Origin: Candidatus Coprenecus sp.
GTDB lineage: Bacteria; Bacteroidota; Bacteroidia; Bacteroidales; UBA932
Length of the DNA: 64,000 nucleotides
Direction: 5' to 3'
Assembly (NCBI GenBank): GCA_045595965.1
Contig: JAZOBN010000008.1
Location: 86,998 to 150,997 of the forward strand
The translations under genes were made by a program, and so were the position numbers. Shown here in pieces: positions 1 to 9,387 of the stretch (position 1 is its first letter; every line of letters begins with the position of its first letter). The notes beneath the pieces are model-generated. The model was not told the DNA's origin, did not search any database, and worked only from the letters and a program-made list of their open reading frames with translations.

Positions 1-1253
1 TCATAAATCAAATCATCAATATTCTCTATTCCAACAGAAAGTCGGAGCATGTTGGGATAAACCCCTGCTGCAACTCTCTCCTGTTCAGACAATTGGGAAT
101 GGGTAGTCGATGCTGGATGGACAATCAGTGATTTAGAATCACCCACACTCCCTACATGAAGGATAAGTTCAAGTTTGCTCACCAGTTCTGCTGCCCCTTC
201 AAAGCCGCTCTTCACTCTGAAGGTAAGTACTCCTCCGAAACCGTTCTTCAGATATTTACAAGCCAGATCGTGGTAAGGGTTCCCCTTAAGACCTGGATAA
301 TTTACACTTTCAATTGCCTCATGCTCCTGTAGCCACTGCGCAATTGCAAGGGTATTATCACAACATCTCTGAGCTCTCAGTGAAAGTGTTTCAAGTCCTT
401 GTAACATAAGGAATGAGTTGAAAGGGGATGCAGAGGGTCCGAAATTTCTCAAACCGTCAACACGTACCCTGCCGGCAAATGCTGCATTTCCGAACACCTC
501 TTTATATACCAATCCGTGATAGCTCTCGGCAGGGGCTGCAAGCAATGGGTATTTCTCTTCATCCCAATCAAAATTACCACCATCCACAACTACCCCACCC
601 AGGGAAGTGCCATGACCGCATATCCATTTTGTAGCAGAGTGAATCACTACATTAGCCCCCCACTCTACCGGTCTGAAAAGATAACCGCCACAACCGAATG
701 TATTGTCAACCATAACACATATTCCCCTCTTGTGGGCCATCTCGATTATGGGTTCGAAATCGGGAACATTGAAAGCTGGATTGCCCAGATTTTCAAGATA
801 GACCGCCTTGGTACGGTCATCTATAAGGGGTTCGATATCTTCACACCTGTCCCCGGCAGCAAATCTCACCTCTATACCCATATCTCTCAATGAGATAGCG
901 AACAGAGTAAATGTTCCACCATAGAGGAAAGGGGAGGCAACAATATTGTCCCCTGCTCCACAAATATTTGTGATACTCAAAAAGACAGCCGACTGCCCTG
1001 AAGCTGTAGCCACACCCGCCACACCCGACTCCAATGCCGCCATTCTCTTTTCAAACACCTCATTGGTTGTATTTGTAATACGTGTGTAGATATTACCGGC
1101 TTTTTTCAATGCAAAAAGGTCTGCTCCATACTGCATATCGTCAAAAGTATAAGCAGTACTTTGATATATGGGGACAGCGGTCCCTTTTGAGACAGGATCA
1201 ATCTCCTGCCCACCCCTTACCTGCAAAGTCTCAAATTTATAATCTCTCTTCAT
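1..1253 (-). CDS. metY: O-acetylhomoserine sulfhydrylase (aminocarboxypropyltransferase), PLP-dependent. The C-terminus is cut by the window edge.
   Basis: Absent from the ORF track because no stop lies in the window. My minus-strand translation from ATG 1253-1251 reads [37 protein letters not shown]... It contains the [11 protein letters not shown] PLP-lysine motif. It ends ...[40 protein letters not shown] at position 3. It lies in one strand block with thrA and metX. Confidence 0.9.
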   Translation of the reverse strand, partial: [417 protein letters not shown]

Positions 1254-1273
1254 ATCGGTATACTTTAATTCAC

Positions 1274-3709
1274 TTACAAAAATAAAATATCATTCAACAC
1301 CCCTGATGCAGTCTGCTCCGCACCGGCCCCTGCACCTCTGATGACTTGGGTGTTGGGATAAAATGCACTTTTCAACACAAATGCATTGTCAGTGCCGGAC
1401 AAAGAGGCAAACGGGTGGTCAAGAGGCAATGCCTCAAGAGCGATTCTGGCCTTATACCCCTTAGGAGAGTTGGGGTCTTTCTGCAATGTTGCCACAAAAC
1501 GGTCAACCCTCCCATCCTCTTGGTTTATTTTATAGCGTTTGGCAAAATACCCTTCACATCTGGTGAGATCGGTCTCTGGAAGGAGTGGCTCTTGCTCTAC
1601 ATCCTCCTCCTCAATCGCAACCCCAGCGTGGCGGGATGCAATTATAAGTTTCCGCAAAACATCAACGCCGCTAAGGTCAATAAGCGGATCGGGTTCTGTA
1701 TAACCAAGCTCCTTTGCTCTTGCCACCACTTGTGCAAATGAATCCCCCTCTTCCCCTTTGTATGTTGAAAATATGTAGTTAAGAGTCCCCGATAACACAG
1801 CCTGGATACTTGTTATCTCATCTCCGCTATTGACACTTCTTTCGATAGTTTCAAGTATTGGCAATGCCGCCCCCACAGTGGTTTCAAACTTTACACTCAT
1901 TCCATTCTCATGAGCAGCGGACATAATCGCCTCGTATTGCCTGTATGGTAGTGAAAATCCTATCTTATTGCACGCCACAATGGAATACTTGCTCCTCAGG
2001 AGCTGGACATATCTCAATGGCACCTCTTTGCTGGCAGTACAGTCTACAAATACAGAGTTATCCAGAGAAATTGAATGCAGCTTCTCAAAGAAAAGTCCAT
2101 CTTTGGTCAATTCCCCCTCTTCTTTCAACCGTTGGATAAGATTTTCAAGACTCAGTCCAGAGGGTTCAAGAAGGTATCTGCTGCTGTTAGCAATACCCAC
2201 AACCTTCAGTTTCTTGCCGCAGCGGGACTGGATAGCATCACCATTTTTCCTAATCATCTCAACCAATGCCCTGCCCACTGTTCCGCACCCTGCAATAAAG
2301 AGGTTTATCTCCTTACAGGTACTTTTTTCAAAGAATTCATTATGAATATGTCTGATGGCTGGATTGACATACTTAGAAGGGACAATTACCGAAATATTTC
2401 TCTCCGATGAGCCCTGTGCTGTTGCCCTGATGGCAATGCTATGTCTGCCAAGTGCTGCAAACATTCTCCCTGTTGCCCCAATCTGATTGAGAATATCATC
2501 CCCGACAAGGCAGACAATTGAATACCCTGTCTCCACTTTCAATGGGGATAGTTTTCCAAGAGAGATTTCATAAGCGAAGCACTTGTCTGCCGCCTCTTTT
2601 GCCTTCTGCGCATCCTTCTCTGCAATGGCAATACACATTGTGTGGACCGAAGATGCCTGAGTTATCAAAATTATATTGATATCGTTACGGCTCAATGTTT
2701 CAAACAGTCTGCTCGAAAAACCCGGGATACCAACCATTCCACTCCCTTCAAGTGAGATCAGTGCAATGTTGTCGGAATTTGAAATTCCTATCACTTTCTC
2801 CTTGCTTCTGGGTGGGTTCTTCTCAATAAGGGTACCGAAAGCATCTGGATGGAAAGTATCTTTTACATAAATTGGGATCCCCTCGGATACCACCGGCTGA
2901 ATTGTTGGGGGATAGATCACCTTCGCCCCAAAATGGGACAATTCAAGTGCAGCACGATAAGAAATATGGCTTATAGATTTGGCGGTGGGGACAATTTTTG
3001 GATTTGAGGTCATCATCCCCGGAACATCTGTCCATATCTCCAGAACCCTTGCCTTGCAACCTACAGCAAACAACGAAGCGGTATAGTCAGAACCTCCTCT
3101 TCCCAGGGTAGTGGTTCTTCCCTGAAAGTCAGATGCGATAAAGCCTGGAACTATAAAGAGCTGGTTTTGTGGGAATTTCTCCATAACCTTCTCCATATTT
3201 TCATAGGTGGTATCTGTATCCACTACATTTACCCCATTCACAAAATTTGTCTTGACAATTTTTCTGGAATCAAGCCATTTTGTAGTAATCCCCATCGAGA
3301 GGAATTTGATTGTAATGATTTTGGTTGAAAGGAGTTCCCCACAACTTTGTATTGCATCGAGACTGGTCTGACTCAATTCTCCCAACAAAGATACTCCATG
3401 GGTAATTGCCCATAGGGAATTGAACACCTCTTCCACCTCAGCAACAGCTTCACCCCTTCTCTCCTGAGGAATAAGCTCCTCTATTATTTCTATATGCTGA
3501 CCTAACAGCCCTTCCAAAAGTGTTTTGTATTCATCACTCTTCTGTGCAGCAAGTTTCCCTATATTTATAAGTTTGTCTGTACATCCACTGATTGCAGAAC
3601 ATACGACAAGGGTGCGGTCTTTTTCCACAGCTTTAGTGACTATATCCGACACATTATTTATATTTCTGGCATTTGCTACAGAAGTGCCACCAAATTTCAA
3701 TACCTGCAT
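1274..3709 (-). CDS. thrA: Bifunctional aspartate kinase / homoserine dehydrogenase
   Basis: 811 aa. The N-terminus MQVLKFGGTSVANA is the aspartokinase signature. ACT-like middle region. C-terminal homoserine dehydrogenase with FIAGCGTVGRAL Rossmann motif. Confidence 0.92.
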   Translation of the reverse strand: MQVLKFGGTSVANARNINNVSDIVTKAVEKDRTLVVCSAISGCTDKLINIGKLAAQKSDEYKTLLEGLLGQHIEIIEELIPQERRGEAVAEVEEVFNSLWAITHGVSLLGELSQTSLDAIQSCGELLSTKIITIKFLSMGITTKWLDSRKIVKTNFVNGVNVVDTDTTYENMEKVMEKFPQNQLFIVPGFIASDFQGRTTTLGRGGSDYTASLFAVGCKARVLEIWTDVPGMMTSNPKIVPTAKSISHISYRAALELSHFGAKVIYPPTIQPVVSEGIPIYVKDTFHPDAFGTLIEKNPPRSKEKVIGISNSDNIALISLEGSGMVGIPGFSSRLFETLSRNDINIILITQASSVHTMCIAIAEKDAQKAKEAADKCFAYEISLGKLSPLKVETGYSIVCLVGDDILNQIGATGRMFAALGRHSIAIRATAQGSSERNISVIVPSKYVNPAIRHIHNEFFEKSTCKEINLFIAGCGTVGRALVEMIRKNGDAIQSRCGKKLKVVGIANSSRYLLEPSGLSLENLIQRLKEEGELTKDGLFFEKLHSISLDNSVFVDCTASKEVPLRYVQLLRSKYSIVACNKIGFSLPYRQYEAIMSAAHENGMSVKFETTVGAALPILETIERSVNSGDEITSIQAVLSGTLNYIFSTYKGEEGDSFAQVVARAKELGYTEPDPLIDLSGVDVLRKLIIASRHAGVAIEEEDVEQEPLLPETDLTRCEGYFAKRYKINQEDGRVDRFVATLQKDPNSPKGYKARIALEALPLDHPFASLSGTDNAFVLKSAFYPNTQVIRGAGAGAEQTASGVLNDILFL

Positions 3710-3713
3710 ATCT

Positions 3714-4724
3714 TTAATTCAATAATGGTTCAATAATTTTTGTCAATTGTTCATACTCTAACAAAAAGCCGTCATGGCCAAATTGGGAGGTTATCTCATA
3801 ATAGCTGGCACCGGGGATAGCCTCCGCTATCCTTTTTTGCTCACAAAGTGGGAAAAGTGCATCACTGTCAATACCTACCACTATACTTTGCGCCTTGATT
3901 CCCGACAGAGCCTTCTCTACACCACCTCTGCCTCTCCCCACATTATGGCTGTCAACAGAGAGACCAAGATAATAGTAAGAATAGGCATCAAACCTGTCTG
4001 ACAGTTTCTTACCTTGATACCTCTGGTAAGAGCCAGCCCTTTGGGAGAAGAGAAAATCTTTCTCTTGCTCACTCTGTGTAAGGTTGTACCCTTGATAACT
4101 TCTATATGAAATAAGTGCAATGGAACGGGCACATCTCAGTCCCATAAAGGGGGCTTGCAGAGAGTCCTGCTTTCTGAAATTCTGATCCGCCTCCAGAGCC
4201 ATTCTCTGGGATTCTATAGAGGCTGCAAGCCATGGGGTTTCTACAGCGCCACACGCTATATATATAGCCTTTTTGATAACTTCCGGATGTGATATAGACC
4301 ATTCGAGAGCCTGAAATCCACCTATTGATCCTCCGACTAGCAAATCAATTTTATCAATTCCAAGATGAGACCTCACCAGATCATTTGCCTTTACAATATC
4401 CCTTACTGTAACCTTTGGAAAATCGAGATATTTTCCAGCGGGACAATGTGCAGGGCCAGAAGAGCCGTAAGGGGATCCGAGCATATTTGCACAAACAACA
4501 AAGTACTTCTCAGTATCAAACAATTTCCCCGATCCGACAAGTTCAGGCCACCAATCTTCTGCATCAGAATTGGCAGTGAGAGCATGACAGATCCATATCA
4601 CCTTTTTTCCTCCGCACGGATCATATTCATAAGGAGAGGTATGATATGCAACTTTCAGATCATTCAGGACACCCCCTGCCTCAAACAGAAATTTTTCTTT
4701 ATGTATATATTCGTGATAAATCAT
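3714..4724 (-). CDS. metX: Homoserine O-acetyltransferase (alpha/beta hydrolase fold)
   Basis: 336 aa. Nucleophile elbow GGSIGGFQALEW. Sits 4 nt upstream of thrA, in a methionine/threonine pathway context. Confidence 0.85.
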   Translation of the reverse strand: MIYHEYIHKEKFLFEAGGVLNDLKVAYHTSPYEYDPCGGKKVIWICHALTANSDAEDWWPELVGSGKLFDTEKYFVVCANMLGSPYGSSGPAHCPAGKYLDFPKVTVRDIVKANDLVRSHLGIDKIDLLVGGSIGGFQALEWSISHPEVIKKAIYIACGAVETPWLAASIESQRMALEADQNFRKQDSLQAPFMGLRCARSIALISYRSYQGYNLTQSEQEKDFLFSQRAGSYQRYQGKKLSDRFDAYSYYYLGLSVDSHNVGRGRGGVEKALSGIKAQSIVVGIDSDALFPLCEQKRIAEAIPGASYYEITSQFGHDGFLLEYEQLTKIIEPLLN

Positions 4725-4860
4725 AACAACATCAAAAAAGAGCGCCCCAATCAGGCACAGAATTCAAATACGATATATATAAGTGTGAGATATAGAGAGA
4801 GATGCAACTTAGCGTTGCATTCGCATAGACATTGCTGATATGAAATACTCTCTCTTCATT
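4725..4860 (-). promoter_or_regulatory. Candidate structured 5' leader (riboswitch- or attenuator-like) of the metX-thrA-metY operon
   Basis: On the minus-strand RNA, AGAGAGAG (4855-4848) can pair with CUCUCUCU (4801-4794). This encloses about 46 nt that include a perfect 7-bp hairpin AUGCAAC-GCUAA-GUUGCAU (4820-4802). Downstream, GUGCC(4758-4754)/GGCGC(4746-4742) is followed by UCUUUUUU, about 10 nt before the ATG. The class is not identified. Confidence 0.3.
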
Positions 4861-4866
4861 ATGACG

Positions 4867-4874
4867 CAAATTTA
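4867..4874 (-). promoter_or_regulatory. Bacteroidetes-type -7 promoter box (TAAATTTG) for the metX operon
   Basis: Exact TAnnTTTG on the minus strand, about 140 nt upstream of the metX ATG. Confidence 0.45.
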
Positions 4875-4925
4875 CAACATTCCGATTTTTTTCAAAAATT
4901 TATTTGCATTATAAAAATTTACATA

Positions 4926-4933
4926 TATCTTTG
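4926..4933 (+). promoter_or_regulatory. -7 promoter box (TATCTTTG) for the SPFH operon
   Basis: Exact TAnnTTTG, 45 nt upstream of ATG 4978. Confidence 0.45.
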
Positions 4934-4977
4934 TGATATCAAACTGATATCAACTAACAAAAAAAACAATATTGACT

Positions 4978-5925
4978 ATGAAAGAGATCATCAAAGAAGA
5001 AAAAGGGTTTTCAGGATTCAAAATGAGTGGTTTTATCATGCTGCTCTCTCAGCTTCTCCTGATCCCGGGGATTATTTTCCTCTCAATCTACTATTTGCCT
5101 ATCGCACCTGCAGTAATCATATCTGTAATTTGCGGAATATTCTGGTTTGTAGCCCTTGCCGGCTACATGCAGCTTGAGCCCAATGAGGCAAGAGTTATGG
5201 TATTCTTTGGAAAATACAAGGGTACATTCCTTGATACCGGCTTCTTTTGGGTAAACCCATTCTACACCAAGAAAAAAATATCTATGCGTGCCCGCAACCT
5301 CGATGTAGAACCAATTAAAGTTAATGACAAGGTGGGGAATCCTATCATGGTGGGGCTTGTCCTTGTCTGGAAACTTAAAGACACATACAAAGCGATGTTT
5401 GAGATCGACTCACAAACTATGGCAGCAAATGCAGCTACAGGTCTGACATCTGTCTCTTCTATCATGAAGGCTTTCGAAAATTATGTCAAGATCCAGTCCG
5501 ATGCAGCCCTTAGACAAGTTGCAACACACTACAACTATGACAATAATGAAGGGGATGCTGAAGAACTGACCCTCCGTTCTGGCGGTGAAGAGATCAACGA
5601 CATTCTCGAAAACACCCTTAATGAACGCCTTGCAATGGCAGGTATTGAGGTAGTGGAGGCCCGCATCAATTATCTAGCTTATGCACCTGAAATCGCTGCT
5701 GTAATGTTGCGTCGCCAACAGGCATCTGCTGTTATCTCTGCTCGTGAGAAGATTGTAGAAGGGGCTGTTTCAATGGTCAAAATGGCCCTTGACAAACTAA
5801 GCGAAGAGGAGATTGTCGACCTTGACGATGCCAAAAGGGCTGCAATGGTGAGCAATTTGCTCGTAGTCCTTTGTGCTGATGAACAGGCTCAACCAGTTGT
5901 TAATACAGGTACATTGTACAACTAA
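4978..5925 (+). CDS. SPFH/band 7 (stomatin-prohibitin-flotillin-HflK/C) domain membrane protein
   Basis: The ORF track starts at TTG 4972. I prefer ATG 4978 (MKEIIKEEKG). Two N-terminal TM helices are followed by an SPFH-like core (NPFYTKKKISMRARNLDVEPIKVNDKVGNPI...) and a coiled C-terminus. Confidence 0.8.
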   Translation: MKEIIKEEKGFSGFKMSGFIMLLSQLLLIPGIIFLSIYYLPIAPAVIISVICGIFWFVALAGYMQLEPNEARVMVFFGKYKGTFLDTGFFWVNPFYTKKKISMRARNLDVEPIKVNDKVGNPIMVGLVLVWKLKDTYKAMFEIDSQTMAANAATGLTSVSSIMKAFENYVKIQSDAALRQVATHYNYDNNEGDAEELTLRSGGEEINDILENTLNERLAMAGIEVVEARINYLAYAPEIAAVMLRRQQASAVISAREKIVEGAVSMVKMALDKLSEEEIVDLDDAKRAAMVSNLLVVLCADEQAQPVVNTGTLYN

Positions 5926-6098
5926 TGGCCGAAAAGAAAGATATTAAGAGTTTTATCCTTCGTATCGATTCATCTACGATGGAATCGCTGGAGAAATGGG
6001 CCGCTGACGAATTCAGAAGCGTCAACGGCCAGCTTCAGTGGATCATTGCTGATGCTCTTCGGAGAAGTGGCAGGGAAAACAAACAAAAACAAAAGTAA
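5925..6098 (+). CDS. Arc/MetJ-type ribbon-helix-helix DNA-binding protein (57 aa)
   Basis: Below the 60-aa ORF-track cutoff. My translation is MAEKKDIKSFILRIDSSTMESLEKWAADEFRSVNGQLQWIIADALRRSGRENKQKQK. It has a beta-strand (SFILRI) plus two helices, typical of RHH proteins. The ATG overlaps the SPFH stop (TAATG). Confidence 0.7.
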   Translation: MAEKKDIKSFILRIDSSTMESLEKWAADEFRSVNGQLQWIIADALRRSGRENKQKQK

Positions 6099-6105
6099 AA
6101 ATAAG

Positions 6106-7470
6106 ATGTTCAGAAAATATTGGGCAACTGCACTCCTTGCACTTGCCTCTTTTTGTTGTATAGGGCAAAATACAACCTCCATAACTGGTTGCTGGCAAGG
6201 CTCACTTGATAACAAAAACGGTGGTATAGAGATATTTTTCACAATAGAGCAAAGTGATAATCTCCTCTCAGCCACTATGACCGTCCCCGAACAAGGGGTA
6301 AAGGGTATGCCAATCGACTCTGTCTCTTTTGATGGATTCAATCTCTATCTCGGAATCAAAACTATCCAGATGGAGTACAAGGGTTTTATGGTTATGAACT
6401 CTTTTACAGGGAACTTCATCCAGTATGGGGTCTCCTTTCCTATGGCATTGACAAGGGGGGAGATTCCAGTTGCAAAACGCCCGCAGGAGCCATCAAAACC
6501 CTACCCATACAGAGAAGAGGAGGTGGTATTCCATAACAATAAAGCGGGAATCAATCTTTCAGGAACATTGACTATTCCCTCGGGGAACGCTCCATTTCCA
6601 GCCCTTATTCTCATTTCAGGGAGTGGATATCAGGACAGGAACGAAGAGCTGATGGGGCACAAACCATTTCTGGTAATTGCAGACGCACTCACACGCTCCG
6701 GCATAGCGGTTCTCCGATATGATGACAGAGGTGTAGGTTCTTCAGAAGGCTCCACTTCCGGAAATACGACAGAAGATCTCTCTTGGGATGCACAAGCCGC
6801 ATTACAATATTTGGAAGCCCGCCCGGAAATCTCTTCCATCGGATTGGCGGGGCATAGCGAGGGTGGCGCTATAGCTTTTATCGTCGCTGCAAGAGATTCC
6901 TCATGTGATTTTGTAATATCCCTTGCAGGACCCGGTCTTCGTGGTGACAAGGTTCTCCTTGCCCAACAGAAAGCGATACTTTCACGTTCCGGTATGGCAT
7001 CAGCTCAGCTGGAACAGGTAGAAGCGGCAAATAGAATGCTGTTTGATATAATCATCTCATCTCAATCAAATGACAACCAGCTCAGGGAGCGGATCATTCA
7101 GATGACAGGTGGTCAGGAGGAGGTTGCAAACCAGTTGCTTGATCCCTGGATGTACCATTTCATCAAATATGACCCCGCTGCAGATATTGCAAAGATAAAA
7201 GTTCCCATTCTGGCACTTAACGGATCTAAAGATTTGCAGGTGATAGCCCAGCAAAATCTTGAATCTATCCTGAAATATTCAAAGGAGGGGGGAAATAACA
7301 ATGTTAGCACTATCCAGCTGGAGGGATTGAACCATCTCTTCCAGCACTGCGATACCGGTCTTCCTACAGAATACAGCAAAATCGAAGAGACCATTTCTCC
7401 AGAGGTATTGGATGAGATGGTAAGATTTATTTCTACATTTGCAGCCGCAAATGAAACAGAAGAGCAATGA
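6106..7470 (+). CDS. Secreted alpha/beta-fold serine hydrolase
   Basis: I use internal ATG 6106 because it gives the signal peptide MFRKYWATALLALASFCCIGQ. Nucleophile elbow GHSEGG. C-terminal His region (NHLFQH). Confidence 0.75.
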   Translation: MFRKYWATALLALASFCCIGQNTTSITGCWQGSLDNKNGGIEIFFTIEQSDNLLSATMTVPEQGVKGMPIDSVSFDGFNLYLGIKTIQMEYKGFMVMNSFTGNFIQYGVSFPMALTRGEIPVAKRPQEPSKPYPYREEEVVFHNNKAGINLSGTLTIPSGNAPFPALILISGSGYQDRNEELMGHKPFLVIADALTRSGIAVLRYDDRGVGSSEGSTSGNTTEDLSWDAQAALQYLEARPEISSIGLAGHSEGGAIAFIVAARDSSCDFVISLAGPGLRGDKVLLAQQKAILSRSGMASAQLEQVEAANRMLFDIIISSQSNDNQLRERIIQMTGGQEEVANQLLDPWMYHFIKYDPAADIAKIKVPILALNGSKDLQVIAQQNLESILKYSKEGGNNNVSTIQLEGLNHLFQHCDTGLPTEYSKIEETISPEVLDEMVRFISTFAAANETEEQ

Positions 7471-8744
7471 ATAATTTCAAAAAAGGATTAGTTGCATTTT
7501 CACCAATCATATTGATGCTTACCATATATCTGGCAGGCTCCATTATTGCTGGTGATTTCTATAAAATACCTATTGCAGTCGCTTTCCTCCTTGCAGGAAT
7601 TTATGCTGTGGCCATTGCCCCCGGAAAAAACACCGCAGAAAAAATTGAGCATTTTTCTAAAGGGGCAGCAGACTCCCGGATTCTGTATATGGTGTGGATA
7701 TTTGTCTTTGCCGGAGCATTCGCTGCTGTGGCAAAAGAGATAGGTGCAATTGATGCCACCGTCAATCTTACACTGAAATACATACCGTCCCGTTTTCTCC
7801 CTGCGGGTTTTTTCATAGCAGCATGCTTCATTTCGATGTCAATCGGGACCTCTGTAGGGACAATCGTAGCACTAACACCCATAATCTCCGAACTTTCCAT
7901 TGCAACAGGGGGAGAACCTGCATGGCTGGTCGGGATAGTGGTAGGCGGTGCATTTTTCGGAGATAATCTCTCATTCATATCCGATACAACAATAGCAGCG
8001 ACACAGACACAGGGGTGCGAGATGAAAGACAAATTCAAAACAAATTTCAGGATTGTCATACCTGCAGCAATTATTGCTCTCCTTCTCTATATCTTCAAAT
8101 GGGATGCAATAGGTGATGTTACAATAGCAGAAAACATACAGTGGTTCAAAGTAATACCCTATATCACAATTATCGTTGTTGCCTTATTGGGGGTTAATGT
8201 ATTGATCACTCTGATAATAGGAATAGTTGTCGCAGGCACTCTGGGACTCTGTTCAGGAGACATCTCCCCTATTTCAATCCTTGCCTCTATGGGGGAGGGC
8301 ATTGAAGGGATGTGCGAACTCATCCTTGTAACAATGTTCGCTGGAGGTCTCCTTGCAATTGTCAAACTCAAAGGGGGGATGGATATGCTTGTCAAATCGA
8401 TATCTTCAAAAGTGACCGGCAAACGGGGTGCAGAGGCTTCAATATCTCTCCTTACAGCCATTGCAAACATCTGTACCGCAAACAATACTATTGCTATCCT
8501 GACTGTCGGAAACATTGTAAAGGAACTCTCTGAAAAATACAATATTTCACCACGCCGTTCTGCAAGTCTTATGGATATAACATCCTGCTTTATCCAGGGA
8601 ATCATCCCTTATGGCGCCCAGCTTCTCATGGCTTCCGGACTTGCTGCCATATCTCCTATTGCGATAATTCCCCACCTCTATTACCCAATGCTGATTGGTC
8701 TTATGGTAATAATGACCATATTATTCCAGTGGCCAAAAAAATAA
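7467..8744 (+). CDS. nhaC: Na+/H+ antiporter, NhaC family
   Basis: 425 aa polytopic membrane protein with NhaC-like layout. The start overlaps the hydrolase stop (ATGA). Confidence 0.75.
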   Translation: MNNFKKGLVAFSPIILMLTIYLAGSIIAGDFYKIPIAVAFLLAGIYAVAIAPGKNTAEKIEHFSKGAADSRILYMVWIFVFAGAFAAVAKEIGAIDATVNLTLKYIPSRFLPAGFFIAACFISMSIGTSVGTIVALTPIISELSIATGGEPAWLVGIVVGGAFFGDNLSFISDTTIAATQTQGCEMKDKFKTNFRIVIPAAIIALLLYIFKWDAIGDVTIAENIQWFKVIPYITIIVVALLGVNVLITLIIGIVVAGTLGLCSGDISPISILASMGEGIEGMCELILVTMFAGGLLAIVKLKGGMDMLVKSISSKVTGKRGAEASISLLTAIANICTANNTIAILTVGNIVKELSEKYNISPRRSASLMDITSCFIQGIIPYGAQLLMASGLAAISPIAIIPHLYYPMLIGLMVIMTILFQWPKK

Positions 8745-8771
8745 CCGCCACACCTATTCAGATGTGACGGT
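8735..8771 (-). terminator. Rho-independent terminator for the ferritin gene, possibly bidirectional
   Basis: Stem ACCGCCACA (8744-8752) / TGTGACGGT (8763-8771) has 8 of 9 pairs. On the minus strand it is followed by TATTTTTTT (8743-8735). Confidence 0.55.
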
Positions 8772-8792
8772 TATATTTGTACTTTTCAACCC

Positions 8793-9314
8793 TTATTTTG
8801 CATTCGCAAGTGGTGCGGGAACTGTATATACCCTTGTTGCCAACTCCTTGTCAAGAATGTACATGTCATTCTTGCTCCCCTCTACTGACTCAACAGCAAA
8901 GATAATATCTCTTGCTGTCTCTTCCTCTTCTACTTGCTCATCGATAAACCATTTCAATTTGCTCTCAGCAGCATAGTCGTAATCCTCTTTTGCAATTTTC
9001 ATAAGGTTACGGATAAGTGAAGAGACTTTCTTTTCGTGTTCAAGGGTAGATTTGAACATATCAAGAACTGAATCCCAGGTAGTCTGAACACCTTCTATTG
9101 GTTTAAGTTCCACTTTAGCATCGACAGAATTCAAATAATTCATAAAAATACGTGCGTGTGCCTGTTCCTCCTGGAACTGGATGTAAAACCAGTTTGCAAC
9201 CCCTTTGTAATTCTTCTCTTCTGCATCCATAGACATAGAGAGATATAGATATGCTGACCACAACTCTGCATTGATCTGGTCATTGATTGCTTTGTGTAAT
9301 TGTTCGCTTATCAT
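8793..9314 (-). CDS. ftnA: Non-heme ferritin
   Basis: 173 aa. LNDQINAELWSAYLYLSM...QEEQAHA matches ferritin ferroxidase-centre helices. Confidence 0.9.
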   Translation of the reverse strand: MISEQLHKAINDQINAELWSAYLYLSMSMDAEEKNYKGVANWFYIQFQEEQAHARIFMNYLNSVDAKVELKPIEGVQTTWDSVLDMFKSTLEHEKKVSSLIRNLMKIAKEDYDYAAESKLKWFIDEQVEEEETARDIIFAVESVEGSKNDMYILDKELATRVYTVPAPLANAK

Positions 9315-9347
9315 AATGTATATATTTTATAGTTATTTTATATTCAT

Positions 9348-9355
9348 CAAATATA
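9348..9355 (-). promoter_or_regulatory. -7 promoter box (TATATTTG) for ferritin
   Basis: Exact TAnnTTTG on the minus strand, 34 nt upstream of ATG 9314. Confidence 0.45.
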
Positions 9356-9387
9356 GTGAATTTTTTGATTTCTGCACCAGTAAACCG

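Noticed and set aside
749-763. GGGTTCGAAATCGGG, which resembles a tRNA T-arm
   Set aside because: It lies inside the metY coding frame. No acceptor or anticodon stems can be built around it. No intergenic gap in the window is large enough for a tRNA plus its flanks.
4725-4860. Assignment of the metX leader to the SAM-I (S-box) riboswitch class
   Set aside because: The four-way junction and conserved S-box core sequences are not present. I keep it only as an unclassified candidate leader.
4972-4977. TTG starts used by the ORF track (4972, 20505, 32629), and long N-terminal extensions at 6046, 12076, 18324, 26569, 31483, 50309, 58548, 59289 and 61790
   Set aside because: In each case a downstream ATG gives a canonical signal peptide or lipobox or a conserved N-terminus, removes an overlap, or sits correctly relative to a TAnnTTTG box. 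I report the adjusted starts. They remain predictions.
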